A stretch of DNA of 63,396 nucleotides, filler included, from Octopus bimaculoides (taxonomy: Eukaryota), in the NCBI RefSeq assembly GCF_001194135.2. It is 4 parts of 4 records of this genome, joined end to end, with 100 filler letters (N's around TTAATTAATTAA, not from the genome) between each part and the next. Parts side by side here need not be neighbours in the genome. Positions count along the whole stretch, not along the records: positions 31,764 to 57,625 come from NC_068986.1; positions 57,726 to 62,208 come from NC_068996.1; 2 more parts are not named here. One strand, 5' to 3'. Each line of letters begins with the position of its first letter. Within the stretch, counting starts at the first letter, position 1. The notes under the pieces were generated by a model. That model saw only the letters and a list, made by a program, of their open reading frames with translations, ran no database searches and was not told the DNA's origin. The position numbers were made by a program, and so were the translations under genes. Positions 47,515 through 59,519 of the stretch are shown here, piece after piece.

Positions 47515-48244
47515 GACAGGCTTCTTTCAGTTTCTGTCTACCAAATCCACTCACAAGGCTTTGGTTGGCCCGAGGCTATAGTAGAAGACACTTGCCTGAG
47601 GTGCCATGCAGTGGGACTGAACCTGGAACTGTGTGGTTGGGAAGCAAGCTTCTTACCACACAGCCACGCCTGCACCTTTGTTTTTGTTTTTTAATTATAT
47701 TCTGGGCCCCTTCTTTTCCTTCTTTGTAGTCCCTTATACTACAATGGCTTCAAGCCTTGTTTGGGACAACAACAACAACAAAAGAAATTTCTTGAGCAAG
47801 TGTCTTCTACTCTAACCGCAGGCTGACCAAAGCCTTGTGAGTGGATTTGATAGATGGAAACTGAACTAATCCCAATGTACATATGTGTGCATGTCGGAGG
47901 TGTCTTTCACCACCACCACCACCGCTTGACAGTCAGTATTGGTGTTAATTGGTGAATTTACGTCCCTGTGACTTAGCAGTTCAGTGAAAGTAACCAAAGA
48001 AATAAGTACCAGGCTAAAGGCGGTGGGAGAGGAGGGAAAGTTCTAGGGTTGATTCATTCGACTAAAAATTCTTTTGAAGCAGTGCCCCCGCATGGCCACA
48101 ATCTAATGGCTGAAACAAGTGAAAGATAAACAATTAAAAGGTAAAGTGAAATAATAAGCAAATGGTAAACTCGTGATACTTGTTGCACCTTAGCATTTTG
48201 AAAATGATGGAGGGGGAGCACTAAGTAGTGATAAGTGAAAATGT

Positions 48245-48895
48245 AATGTTATGAGTCCGTATATGCTTGATGCAGGTTCAAACTGGGGAAGAAGCTACTC
48301 ACTGCATTTTGTCATTGAGAATATATTTTACTTTTTGACAAATGGTGTGTATACACATAGATCAGCTTGCGGCGCCACCTACCTACACTGTGAGATGCTA
48401 GCATTTTGGAGTAGTTATCTCCTCTCCTGTCACAGACACTAAGCAGATGACACTACGAGCTGGATTAAGAGATTACCTTTCTTATTCTGTTCCAGTCACC
48501 GTATGGTGACTGGCAGCGCTATACGGTACCTCACCATAAGTAAATTATGGAGGGGGAGCGCTAAGCAATGATAAGGGACATTGTAATGTTATGAGTCTGA
48601 ATATGCTTGAGGCAGATTCAAACTGGGGAACAAGCTCTTCCGAGATCAACTAAGAGAGGTAATCTCTTAATTCAGCTTGTAGGGTCGTCTGCTTAGTGTC
48701 TGTGACCGAAGAGGAGATAACTACTCCAAAATGTTAACATCTCACGGTCTGTATAGGTGGCGCTGCAAGCTGATCTATGTGTATACACATCATTTGTCAA
48801 CAAGCGAGATATATTCTTCATGACAAAACACAGTGAGTAGCCTGTTCCCCAGTTCGAACCTACATCACGCATATTCAGACTCATAATAACATGCA
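48245..48895. repeat. Inverted repeat pair (~235-bp arms) with a partial third copy inside
   Basis: 48245-48480 versus the reverse complement at 48655-48895; direct partial copy 48540-48640. Confidence 0.8.
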
Positions 48896-51250
48896 ATTTT
48901 GAAAATGGTCTCAGTTTAGCTTTGTGACATTGTATAGGCATAGGAGTGGTTGTGTGGTAAGTAGCTTGCTTACCAACCACAAGGTTCCGGCTTCAGTCCT
49001 ACTGCATGGTACCATGGGCAAGTGTCTTCTACTATAGCCTTGGGCCAACCAAAACCTTGTGAGTGGATCTGGTAGACGGAAACTGAAAGAAGCCCATCAT
49101 ATGTATATTTATATATATATATATGTATTTGTTTGTATGTCTGTGTTTGTCCCCCCAACATCGCTTGACAACCGATGCTTGTGTGTTTATGTCCCCGTAA
49201 CCTAGTGGATCAGCAAAAGAGACTGATAGAATAAGTACTAGGCTTACAAAGAATAAGTCCTGGGGTCGATTTGTTTGGCTAAAGGTAGTACACCAACATG
49301 GCCACAGTCAAATGACTGAAATGAATAAAAGAAAAAAGTGCACATGTGTATGTGCACTGTGTGCATGTGTATATGTGCATGTAAGACCAAATGTGGCACC
49401 ATGTAAAAGCACTGAGCACACTCTGTAAAATGGTTGGTGTCAGGAAAGGCATCCAGCTGTAGGAAGCCATGCTACAACAAACTGGAGTCTAGTGCAGCCT
49501 TTCAGCTTACCAGCCTTGGTCAAACCATCCAACCCATGCCAGCATGGAGAATGGACGTTAAATGATGATGATGATGGGTATATATGTATGCACATATGTG
49601 CAAATGTATGCCTCTGTATGTGTGTGTGAGTGTGTGTTTGTGTGTGTGTGTACGTGTGTGTGCATGTAAAACCAAATGCTCGTAACTATATATCATATGT
49701 GCATGTATGTGTGTATCAATGTATGCATATGTGTATGTGTGTGTATGTATGCATTTAACACCAAATATACAAAAATATATGTGTATGTGTGTGCATGCAT
49801 ACGTGCATATATGTGTTAGTGTGTGTGTGTGTGTACACACGTGTGCTTTTTGATTGTGTATTCATAACAGGGTGGTTTAAAGCAGAAATTTTAAAATAAG
49901 GTTTTCATTTATAGAATTAAAAAAACAAAAATTGATAACTATCTGTCATTATTGATGAGGTGGGGGTGTTGGTGGTGGTGGTGGTGGTTGTTATGATGAT
50001 GATGATGTTGATGATGGTTGCAGTCATATAAGTGGTGGGGTTGTGGCGATGGGGAGAGTAGTTGTGGTTGTTATGACGACGACGACAACAATGATGTTGT
50101 TGATGGAGGCAGTTGTGGTCCTGAATGTGGTTGTGGTGGTGGTGTTGTCATGGAGGTGGTGGCAGCAGTGGTTATGATGATGATGATGATGATGATGATG
50201 GTGTTGGTGATGATAATGACGATGGTGATAATAATGACGATGGTGATGATGGTGATGAAATGGAGGAGGAATAGGAGGAGAAGTAGGAGGATGTTAATGA
50301 ACGGGTTTGTTGAAAAGGGGGTGTTTGCTGTGTGCCAGTGAATTTTTGGTCAAGGAGATTACAACGGCAGCAACAACCACAAGCACCACCACAACAACAA
50401 CAAACACACAGCAACAAAGCAATTATTTTTGAATTAAAAAAACAAGAACCTCCTAAAAAGAAAATACTCCATTTTCTGAGATCATTGGCACCGTTTCAAA
50501 AGATTGCAATGATTTCTATGAGACAACAGGGGGAAGTTTTGTCAAATACGACAGAACCCACAACGGCGATGCTCTTACAGATAAGGACTGTTTGTTTTAT
50601 TTGGGTTTTTTTTGCACCCCTACCATTTTTTTTTTTTTGTTTTTTTGTGTACTTCCTTTCAAATAGATGAATTCCTTTATTCATCGTTAATGTATGCAAT
50701 TGAGATAGAGTGAAATTAGAGGAATGTGTTTCTCCTTCGTTAAGGAATGTTTAAAGTAACAACACTGGAGGGATTATTTTGAAAGTTTTTTTTTTGAATC
50801 TTGTTTTTCCCTTTATTTCTATTTTTAGCATGAGATNNNNNNNNNNNNNNNNNNNNNNNNNNNNNNNNNNNNNNNNNNNNNNNNNNNNNNNNNNNNNNNN
50901 NNNNNNNNNNNNNNNNNNNNNNNNNNNNNNNNNNNNNNNNNNNNNNNNNNNNNNNNNNNNNNNNNNNNNNNNNNNNNNNNNNNNNNNNNNNNNNNNNNNN
51001 NNNNNNNNNNNNNNNNNNNNNNNNNNNNNNNNNNNNNNNNNNNNNNNNNNNNNNNNNNNNNNNNNNNNNNNNNNNNNNNNNNNNNNNNNNNNNNNNNNNN
51101 NNNNNNNNNNNNNNNNNNNNNNNNNNNNNNNNNNNNNNNNNNNNNNNNNNNNNNNNNNNNNNNNNNNNNNNNNNNNNNNNNNNNNNNNNNNNNNNNTATA
51201 TATATATATATATATATATCAGATGAAACATAATTTTACAAACAATTCAG

Positions 51251-51705
51251 GGACATGGCTCAAGTCTGTTGAGGCTAACTATGAAATGGGAGAATGACCA
51301 ACAAAGTTAGTCGTTGTGGATATTAGTAGGTAGGGTTACGTTAAGAATATAGTTCGTGAAAGGGTATAATATGATATTTAAGGTCAGTGACTTGGGTGAG
51401 ATACGAGTCTGCTAGACTGATTCTTTGGTAGGCCAGGGGTGGGGTGTAGACGATATTCTATTATAATTGGCTATTATCACAGGCTTCTCTAAGCCTAGTA
51501 TAATAAGATACCACTAACACCCCACCCCTGGACTACCAAAGAACCAGATTTCTATCTCACCTGGGTCGCTAACCTTAAATATCATATTACATCCTTTCAC
51601 AAACTATATTCTTAACCTAATCCCACCCACTAATGCCCATAACTGCCAACTTTGTTGGCCATTCTCCTATTTCATAGTTAGCCTCGACAGACTTCAGCCA
51701 TGTCC
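51251..51705. repeat. Fold-back/MITE-like palindrome (~200-bp arms)
   Basis: GGACATGGCTCAAGTCTGTTGAGGCTAACTATGAAAT... mirrored by ...ATTTCATAGTTAGCCTCGACAGACTTCAGCCATGTCC. Confidence 0.85.
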
Positions 51706-52394
51706 GTCTTGTATTCCTAGGATCTTCTTTTGTTTGTAAAATTACATTAAATCTGGTGATTGTGGTTTTTTGTAATGGAGTAATATTCTCGTTCTATTAG
51801 AAAATGCGCAAGAAACAGCAGTAATGAGCTGTTATTATTCATTTGATTATAATACACCAAGGAGATTTATGACTTGTCGGACACCCTAGAGTATACAGAC
51901 AATGTGCAATTCAACGTAACGCATGCTTTGGACCAGCCCCTTAGTGCTAAGTACTTATAGGGTGGGTTTTCTCTGTGTACACAACTGGAATATCCTATTT
52001 GATACTTACCAACCATAGGCTGGAACTACAGGTTTATCCAACCCTACCTGGTGCATATCTTTTCAAGTACCTGATTCTATCTGAATTCTTATTTTACTAN
52101 NNNNNNNNNNNNNNNNNNNNNNNNATACGTACAGGTATGTGCATACCTACGTCTACCTGTATATATAGGTGCATATCTGGGTACAGGACATTGCAAACAA
52201 AACGTAGACAAAAAAATAATAATAACCAGAGTACAGAAAACACACAGGCCACATAGAGAACATTTTCCTTCATCAGCTACCCCCATTCTAACACAGGTGT
52301 TTCGAAGATATATATGTATGTATATATGTATGTATTTGTGTGTCTGTGTTTGTCCCCCACCATCGCTTGCAATGATGGGGGGGGGGACACAGTC

Positions 52395-52501
<107 letters not shown>

Positions 52502-53419
52502 ACATACACACACACTCTCATACTACTGTATGTTTATGTCCCCATAATATATACATGCTGCTGTGCTTATGTCCCAGTAACTTAGCGGTTCGGCAAAATA
52601 GACCGATAGAATAAGTATTAGGCTTACAAAGAATAAGGCAGTGCTCCAGCGTGGCCACAGTCAAATGACTGAAACAAGTGAAAGAATAAAAGAATATACT
52701 GAGTATAGAAAATATTCTAATATTAGGGACCATAAGCCCCATAAGAGAAAAAAAATGGTCATTAATATGTGCATGAGAATTGAACCCACACTGCTTATTC
52801 TCGCAATAAGTGTGTTGATTAACTACACTAACATATAAATTTAAGAACTGTGATTTTAGAGGTGTGTAAACATGTGTGTATTCTGCATAAGTGAGGAAAT
52901 GATGATGAGTGAAAATTTTGTAAATATACTTATAGGTAAAAAAATGTGTGGTTAGGATATTTTTCTCATGATCATAAGGTTGATAGTTCAATTCCTGGCG
53001 GCTCATTGAGTCCTTGAGCAAGACAATTTATTTCACGTCGTTGCAGTTCTCTCTGTTGGCCAAAATGAGTAGTACCTGTAATTCAAATGGCCAGCTTTGT
53101 CACATTCTGTCTTGCTGAATCTTCCTGAGAATCACATTCAGGTTATGTGCTTCTGTGGAGGGCTCAGCCAGTTGCATGTTAATTTCACAAGCAGGCTGTT
53201 TTGTTGATTGGATGGACTGAAACCCTTGTTGTCATACCCAATGGGGTGCCGATATGGTGAGTTAATGTCTGGTACAAGACTACAGCAGAAACTAAAATTG
53301 TACTTCAAGGACTGTGTGAAAAATTCTATCAAATCTATGCAAAATTGAAACAACTTCCTGGGCATCTTTAGTGCTTGACAGAAGTAATGGTACTCAAAAA
53401 TAACGAATGGCATCAGGAA

Positions 53420-53790
53420 GTTTCAGGAATCTTCATTAGAATGGGCTGATGTAAAGTGAACTGACAGGAAAAGAGAACCTTTTGGTCTAAGGGTTCTACA
53501 GTTTAAGTAAGATGAATGCAGATGTGTTTGCCTCTCCAGAGCTGGCCCCACACCTCACTTACACAAACATGCTGAAAGGCCTCAAGATTTTAACAACCAA
53601 TTTCTAGCAGGAAATCCATTATGCAATCTATGTGGCAGGGAATTTTCCGACCAATCTGGATACACAAGGAATATGAAAGTACACAATCTGGGTGCTGTAC
53701 AGAAAGAACTCCTGATTACAACATAAAAAAATGCAAGTCACTTGGTGGCTTTAAAAGCCATTTCAGGTCCCATGGTCATTGCCAGAAAAA
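53420..53790 (+). mobile_element. RTE LINE 3' tail with zinc-finger motifs (copy 2)
   Basis: CLSRAG..PHL.KH; LCNLCGREFSDQSGY.RNMKVH; CKSLGGFKSHFRSH, frameshifted. Confidence 0.55.
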
Positions 53791-54269
53791 AAAAAAATAA
53801 AGATAATTTATCAGTGATGGCCCTACTCGCTTAACAAGTTGACAGCCATCATGTAAGAATGTATGTGTTTGTTTATATTTGGTCTCCGTGAAAATCATAG
53901 TTAAAAGCAGGATTGTTTTCATAACTTCTGTCAACAAATCATCTACTCGCTTCTCATCTTCAGAAACATGCAAAATTAAAGAAGTCTGACATGAAAAACA
54001 GGTAAAGGCTGGTGGCAGGAAAGGCATCCAACAGTAAAACAATACATCAATCTTTTTTTTTATTCCTTGCTCAGAATCATCAAAGAATGGTATAGACTAC
54101 TCACATCAGATATTAGCGATCAGGACATTGCATCTTTCAAAACCCCTATGCTTCCTAAACTTTCCCCAACATTACACCTGATGGAGAAATCGAAATTTAT
54201 CCAGTTTGATTTTATGAAACAGAGGCTAAGATTAGATATTTAGATATTTAACATTGTTTTTTTTTTACA

Positions 54270-54550
54270 GTTCTATATTTAAGAGATGAGGAATTATGTA
54301 CATTATTTACATTATTTACATTTGATGGATATTTGTCCTCATCTTGTTTGTTGTTTACACAATGTTTTGGCTGATATACCCTCCAGCCTCCATCAGGTGT
54401 CTTGGGGAAATTTTGAACCTGGGTTCTCATTCCTAAGGTATTTTTTGATGTTGGTGTTATTATTATTATTATTATTCAGGTCACTGCCCGGAATCGAACT
54501 TGGAATCTTGGGGTTAGTAGCTTGCGCTCTTAACCACAATGCCATATGCC
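54270..54550 (-). mobile_element. tRNA-headed short element with hammerhead (copy A, core mutated)
   Basis: Minus strand GGCATATGGCATTGTGGTTAAGAGC...AGTTCGATTCC (A/B-box-like), (AAT)n, then HHR region with CTGATGG and AAAAC substitutions, ends CCTCATCTCTTAAATATAGAACTG. Confidence 0.7.
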
Positions 54551-54790
54551 CAAGATTCCGAGTTCGATTCCAAGCAGTGACCTGAATAATAATAATAATG
54601 ATAATAATAATAATAATAATAATAATATTATCAAAAAATATCTTAGGAATGAGAACTCAGGTTCAAAACTTCCCCAAGACACCTGATGAAGGCTGGAGGG
54701 TATATCAGCCGAAACGTTGTGTTAGCAACAAACAAGATGAGGACAAATATCCGTCAAATGTAAATAATGTAAACAATGTAAATAATGATT
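54549..54790 (+). mobile_element. Same element, 5'-truncated inverted copy B carrying the intact HHR
   Basis: Starts inside the tRNA head (CCCAAGATTCCGAGTTCGATTCC); reverse complement of about 54295-54512. Confidence 0.7.
54678..54723 (+). ncRNA. Minimal type-I hammerhead ribozyme motif, intact core
   Basis: GACAC-CTGATGA-a-GGCTG(gagggtatat)CAGCC-GAAAC-GTT-GTGTT: stem I 5 bp, stem II 5 bp, palindromic ACGT helix III, GUU triplet. Confidence 0.75.
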
Positions 54791-54940
54791 TTTTTTATCC
54801 TTTATTATTCATTTTATGTATTTGTTGTTTGATAAAAGTTCTCAATATTTTCAATAGTAATACATAAGTTGTCAAACCAGCTTTACGCTTCATATCTTAA
54901 ATCTCTTTGCACTCACCTCATTTCTCTCTCCCTCTATCAA

Positions 54941-54973
<33 letters not shown>

Positions 54974-56069
54974 TTGTGTGAGTGAATTTATGAAACTAGA
55001 AGCTAAGCACACAAAGGCCACAGTACTTAATTCCAACAATACTAACACATTACAATTAGTTCTCCTTGACGGGCTGAGAATATTTCAAGAGGGTCTCATG
55101 TAAATCACCGTTCATGGTTCTTCTAAAAGCTTGATTTTTATAATTTCTTTTGAATAGTTGCAAAAAGAAACCCCAAAACCACCGACAAAAACAAGTTGAG
55201 TCAGCTTAGTCTATTTCTTTCTAATACACACGCGCACACACATACACAATATATGTATGCATACACATCTATGTATGTATACATCATCTTCATCATCATC
55301 ATTGTCGTTTAATGTCCACTTTCCATGCTAGCATGCGTTGGACGATTTGACTGAAGACTGGTGGACCAGATGGCTACACCAGGCTCCAATCTGATTTGGC
55401 AGAGTTTCTACAGCTGGATGCCCTTCCTGACGCCAACCACTCCGAAAGTGTAGTGGGTGCTTATATATATATATATATNNNNNNNNNNNNNNNNNNNNNN
55501 NNNNNNNNNNNNNNNNNNNNNNNNNNNNNNNNNNNNNNNNNNNNNNNNNNNNNNNNNNNNNNNNNNNNNNNNNNNNNNNNNNNNNNNNNNNNNNNNNNNN
55601 NNNNNNNNNNNNNNNNNNNNNNNNNNNNNNNNNNNNNNNNNNNNNNNNNNNNNNNNNNNNNNNNNNNNNNNNNNNNNNNNNNNNNNNNNNNNNNNNNNNN
55701 NNNNNNNNNNNNNNNNNNNNNNNNNNNNNNNNNNNNNNNNNNNNNNNNNNNNNNNNNNNNNNNNNNNNNNNNNNNNNNNNNNNNNNNNNNNNNNNNNNNN
55801 NNNNNNNNNNNNNNNNNNNNNNNNNNNNNNNNNNNNNNNNNNNNNNNNNNNNNNNNNNNNNNNNNNNNNNNNNNNNNNNNNNNNNNNNNNNNNNNNNNNN
55901 NNNNNNNNNNNNNNNNNNNNNNNNNNNNNNNNNNNNNNNNNNNNNNNNNNNNNNNNNNNNNNNNNNNNNNNNNNNNNNNNNNNNNNNNNNNNNNNNNNNN
56001 NNNNNNNNNNNNNNNNNNNNNNNNNNNNNNNNNNNNNNNNNNNNNNCTATCTGTCTGTCTGTCTACCTA

Positions 56070-56099
<30 letters not shown>

Positions 56100-56100
<1 letters not shown>

Positions 56101-56450
56101 GAAAGGCCTCACACATTTTGCTTGGCTTGAGTAGTTCGCGCCCCTGTTCATCTACCATAGGCCGAATGGTGGCTTTGTTGCCCTGTTGCGTCTCTGCCAC
56201 CTGGGCCTCTCGCGTGGATCCAACACCTTCGTTCCTTAGAGTATGCATCCTAGCCCTGACAACGCACCCTTCGTGTTTGGCAGTGAAGTGTTGGTCTAGG
56301 GCCAACCTCGCCGCCAAAATGTCGGATGTGATGCCACTTCTAATTGCCTCTTCTAGCTTCTTAACTAGCTCACCCTCTACTCCGTTTCTGTCTATGGCTA
56401 GTGCTTTGCTATACCAAACCACTTCTGCTTTTATTGTTCTCTTGAGATAT
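56100..56450 (-). mobile_element. L1/Tx1-clade LINE ORF2 fragment
   Basis: LDQHFTAKHEGCVVRARMH.LRNEG...G.KATIR.MVDEQG.EL...KMCEAF (post-endonuclease linker). Confidence 0.6.
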
Positions 56451-57765
56451 GTGGTGCACTGCTGTACTCAGGAAGACCCACCCATCACAACAGAATTGAA
56501 ATCCTAAAACCAAGGGGTCACATGAAAAGCATTGGTGATGGTGCAACATAAAAAAGCATTCAGTACACTCTGCAAAGGGGTTGGTGTTAGGAAGGGCATC
56601 TAAATGTGGAAAACGTACTAAAACAGACAATGGAACCTGGTGTGACTCCTGGCCTTACCAGCTCTTGTCAAACTGTCCAACCCATGACAGCATGGAAAAT
56701 AGACATTAAATGATGCTGATGATGGTGGTATTGTTGTTGATGATAATGATATTGATGATACTAATTGTTTTGAATTTATGCGCAAGGCCAGGAATTTTGA
56801 GGGTTGGGATGAGTTGATTGCATTGACTCTACCCTGCCTCCCAGTGCTTGAGAACGGTAAATGTTTTGCAACATGAGATTTCTTCTAATTGATTTTCTAC
56901 TGCATCCTCTCCCTACCAGCACTCAACGGATGCTAGATCAGATTATATACTAAGAATCTGTGAGCTTGTCGACTGTTCATGATGCCAGACGACTCATGAT
57001 ATCCGAGTTCCTCTGACACCGAGCCAGACAGTGTTAAATGCAACATGAGATGTTGCATCTAGCATTAATTGCATACTAATTAGACAATGGAAAAATTCTA
57101 AAACAAATAATAATCATTTTCTTTTTATTTATGTACAAGGCCAGCAAATTTGAGGGGAGGAGTTTTAGTCAATAATATTGAAGCTAGTGCTTGGCTGGTA
57201 GTTTATATTTTCACCTGTTTCCAAACAAGATGATATTTATCCTTGCCCTTTAAACATCATCATCATCATCATCGTTTAATGTCTGTTTTCCATGCTGGCA
57301 TGGGTTGGACGATTTGACTGAGGGCTGGTAAGCCAGGAGGCTGCACCAGGCTCCAATCAGATCTGGCAATGTTTCTACAGCTGGATGCCCTTCCTAACGC
57401 CAACCACTCCAAGAGTGCAGTGGGTGCTTTTTATGTGCCACTGGCACAGGGGCCAGTCAGGTGGGTCTGGCATCGATCAGGTTTGGATAGTGCTTTTTAT
57501 GTGTCACCGACACGGGGCCAATCAGCGGGTACTGGCATCGGTCGTGTTCGGACTGTGCTTTTTATGTGCTACCGGCACGGAAGCCAGTCAGGCAGACCTG
57601 GCATTGACCACGTTCAGATGGTCCTNNNNNNNNNNNNNNNNNNNNNNNNNNNNNNNNNNNNNNNNNNNNTTAATTAATTAANNNNNNNNNNNNNNNNNNN
57701 NNNNNNNNNNNNNNNNNNNNNNNNNAAGAAAGGAAGAAAGAAAAAGAGAGTGAGATGTGTATGTG

Positions 57766-57797
<32 letters not shown>

Positions 57798-58269
57798 TGT
57801 GTGTGTGCGTGCGTGCGTGCGTGCGTGTGTGTGTGCGTGCGTGCGTGTGTGTGTTCGTGCGTGCGTGTGTATGTGTGTGTGCGTATGTGTGTGCGTGTGT
57901 GTTTTAGGTACTTCTCGGATTGTTAGAAGCAGGCACCTATGATTTATACGCCTTTGGCTATCTTTCATATATATAATTATTGGTGTCTATCTATCTATCC
58001 ATTTAGGCGTAGCTGTGTGGTAAGTAGCTTGCTTACCAACCACATGGTTCCGGGTTCAGTCCCCCGGTAACTTTGCTATTTCATACTCAATAAAAAAGCT
58101 GTGACAACGAAATAGCAGAGCCTAAATACGATGCTCATATTTATATTCATGAAATAATCCCGTAAAATAATTCAAATAATTCAATGAATGTTTTTTACTA
58201 TGCAAGTATAATTACCGCACATCTGTAAAGATATATGTACATGTATATGTATGTATGTATATATATATA

Positions 58270-58620
58270 TATATATCACAATAACCTTTTTGCGTGCACG
58301 GTTTGTGACAGACCATGCCTTACTTTTGCTGGGCTCAAACCTCATTTGCGAACTCATGGAAAACGAACCTCCACCAACTATTCTGCCGATATGTCTGTGC
58401 ACACCTTTGAATGCAGTGTATGCCAGAAGGTTTGCAAATCTAACAGAGGCCTCAAAAGACATTTTAAGATCTACAAAGATCAGAACTTATCCACGGATGT
58501 CAATCAATGTGGGTGTGTTTTCAGAACATTGGTTTAAAAAGCCACATCGGATGCCATGATGGTTCTGGGGTGTAGTTACGGGAGGTGGTCAAACTGTGCA
58601 TAAGAATTAGACAACTACCA
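58270..58620 (+). mobile_element. RTE LINE 3' tail with zinc-finger motifs (copy 3)
   Basis: FACTVCDRPCLTFAGLKPHLRTH, FECSVCQKVCKSNRGLKRH; same terminal motif as 26250. Confidence 0.65.
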
Positions 58621-59405
58621 TATATATNNNNNNNNNNNNNNNNNNNNNNNNNNNNNNNNNNNNNNNNNNNNNNNNNNNNNNNNNNNNNNNNNNNNNNNNN
58701 NNNNNNNNNNNNNNNNNNNNNNNNNNNNNNNNNNNNNNNNNNNNNNNNNNNNNNNNNNNNNTATATATAGGTGGCTAATTCGCAATTTTACAACCGAAAG
58801 GCAAAAATATATACGTCACTAATGTGACAAAGGACACTGACCAGCACCAGTATTGCTAGAAATATGAAATAGGTTGTAAAATTGCGAAATAGCCAGCCGT
58901 AATATTTATAATCTCCACTTATACTGTTTATGAAACCAGCGTTTGATTTCAATGGAAATATTATAAGCTGACAAAGCGAGATGAGTTTAACGATAGGCGC
59001 CGTGATAGCCACCGATGAGCATTCAGATGCGTGAGCATCAAAATGCGAAATCATCGACGATCTGGCTATATCTGTTGCCGTGGGGAGCTTACCTCCTTCG
59101 TCAATAATTAAGATAGGGCTTCTGTGGCTATAGACTTGTTTTGACTCTTATTTCTAGCAATACTGCCACTGACTTGTGCTCTTTGTCACGTTAGTGACGT
59201 ACTTCGAAACGCCAGTGTTAGAATGACGGCAGCTAATGAAGGAAATGTTCTCTAATGTGGCCTGTGTGTTTTCTGTACTTTGTTTATCATTTTGTCTACG
59301 TTTTGTTTCCAATGTCCTGTACCCAGATATGCATCTATATATACAGGTAGATGTAAGTATGTACATAAATGCACGTATATATGCATATACTCATTTATTA
59401 TTTGT

Positions 59406-59464
<59 letters not shown>

Positions 59465-59519
59465 TACTTACATATATACATATAAATAGCGACAAAACTG
59501 AAGATATTTATATATTAAC

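Noticed and set aside
50332-50670. Gln-rich ORF and alternative frame IIGTVSKDCNDFYE...
   Set aside because: Starts in a (CAA) repeat; no credible splice sites or recognisable domain.
54480-54550. Functional tRNA gene
   Set aside because: Acceptor stem does not pair and it is fused to a repeat body; treated as a SINE head. Other SINE heads were rejected likewise.
58235-58537. Host C2H2 zinc-finger gene
   Set aside because: No TGEKP linkers, broken His ligands, and an RTE terminal motif shared with two other copies.
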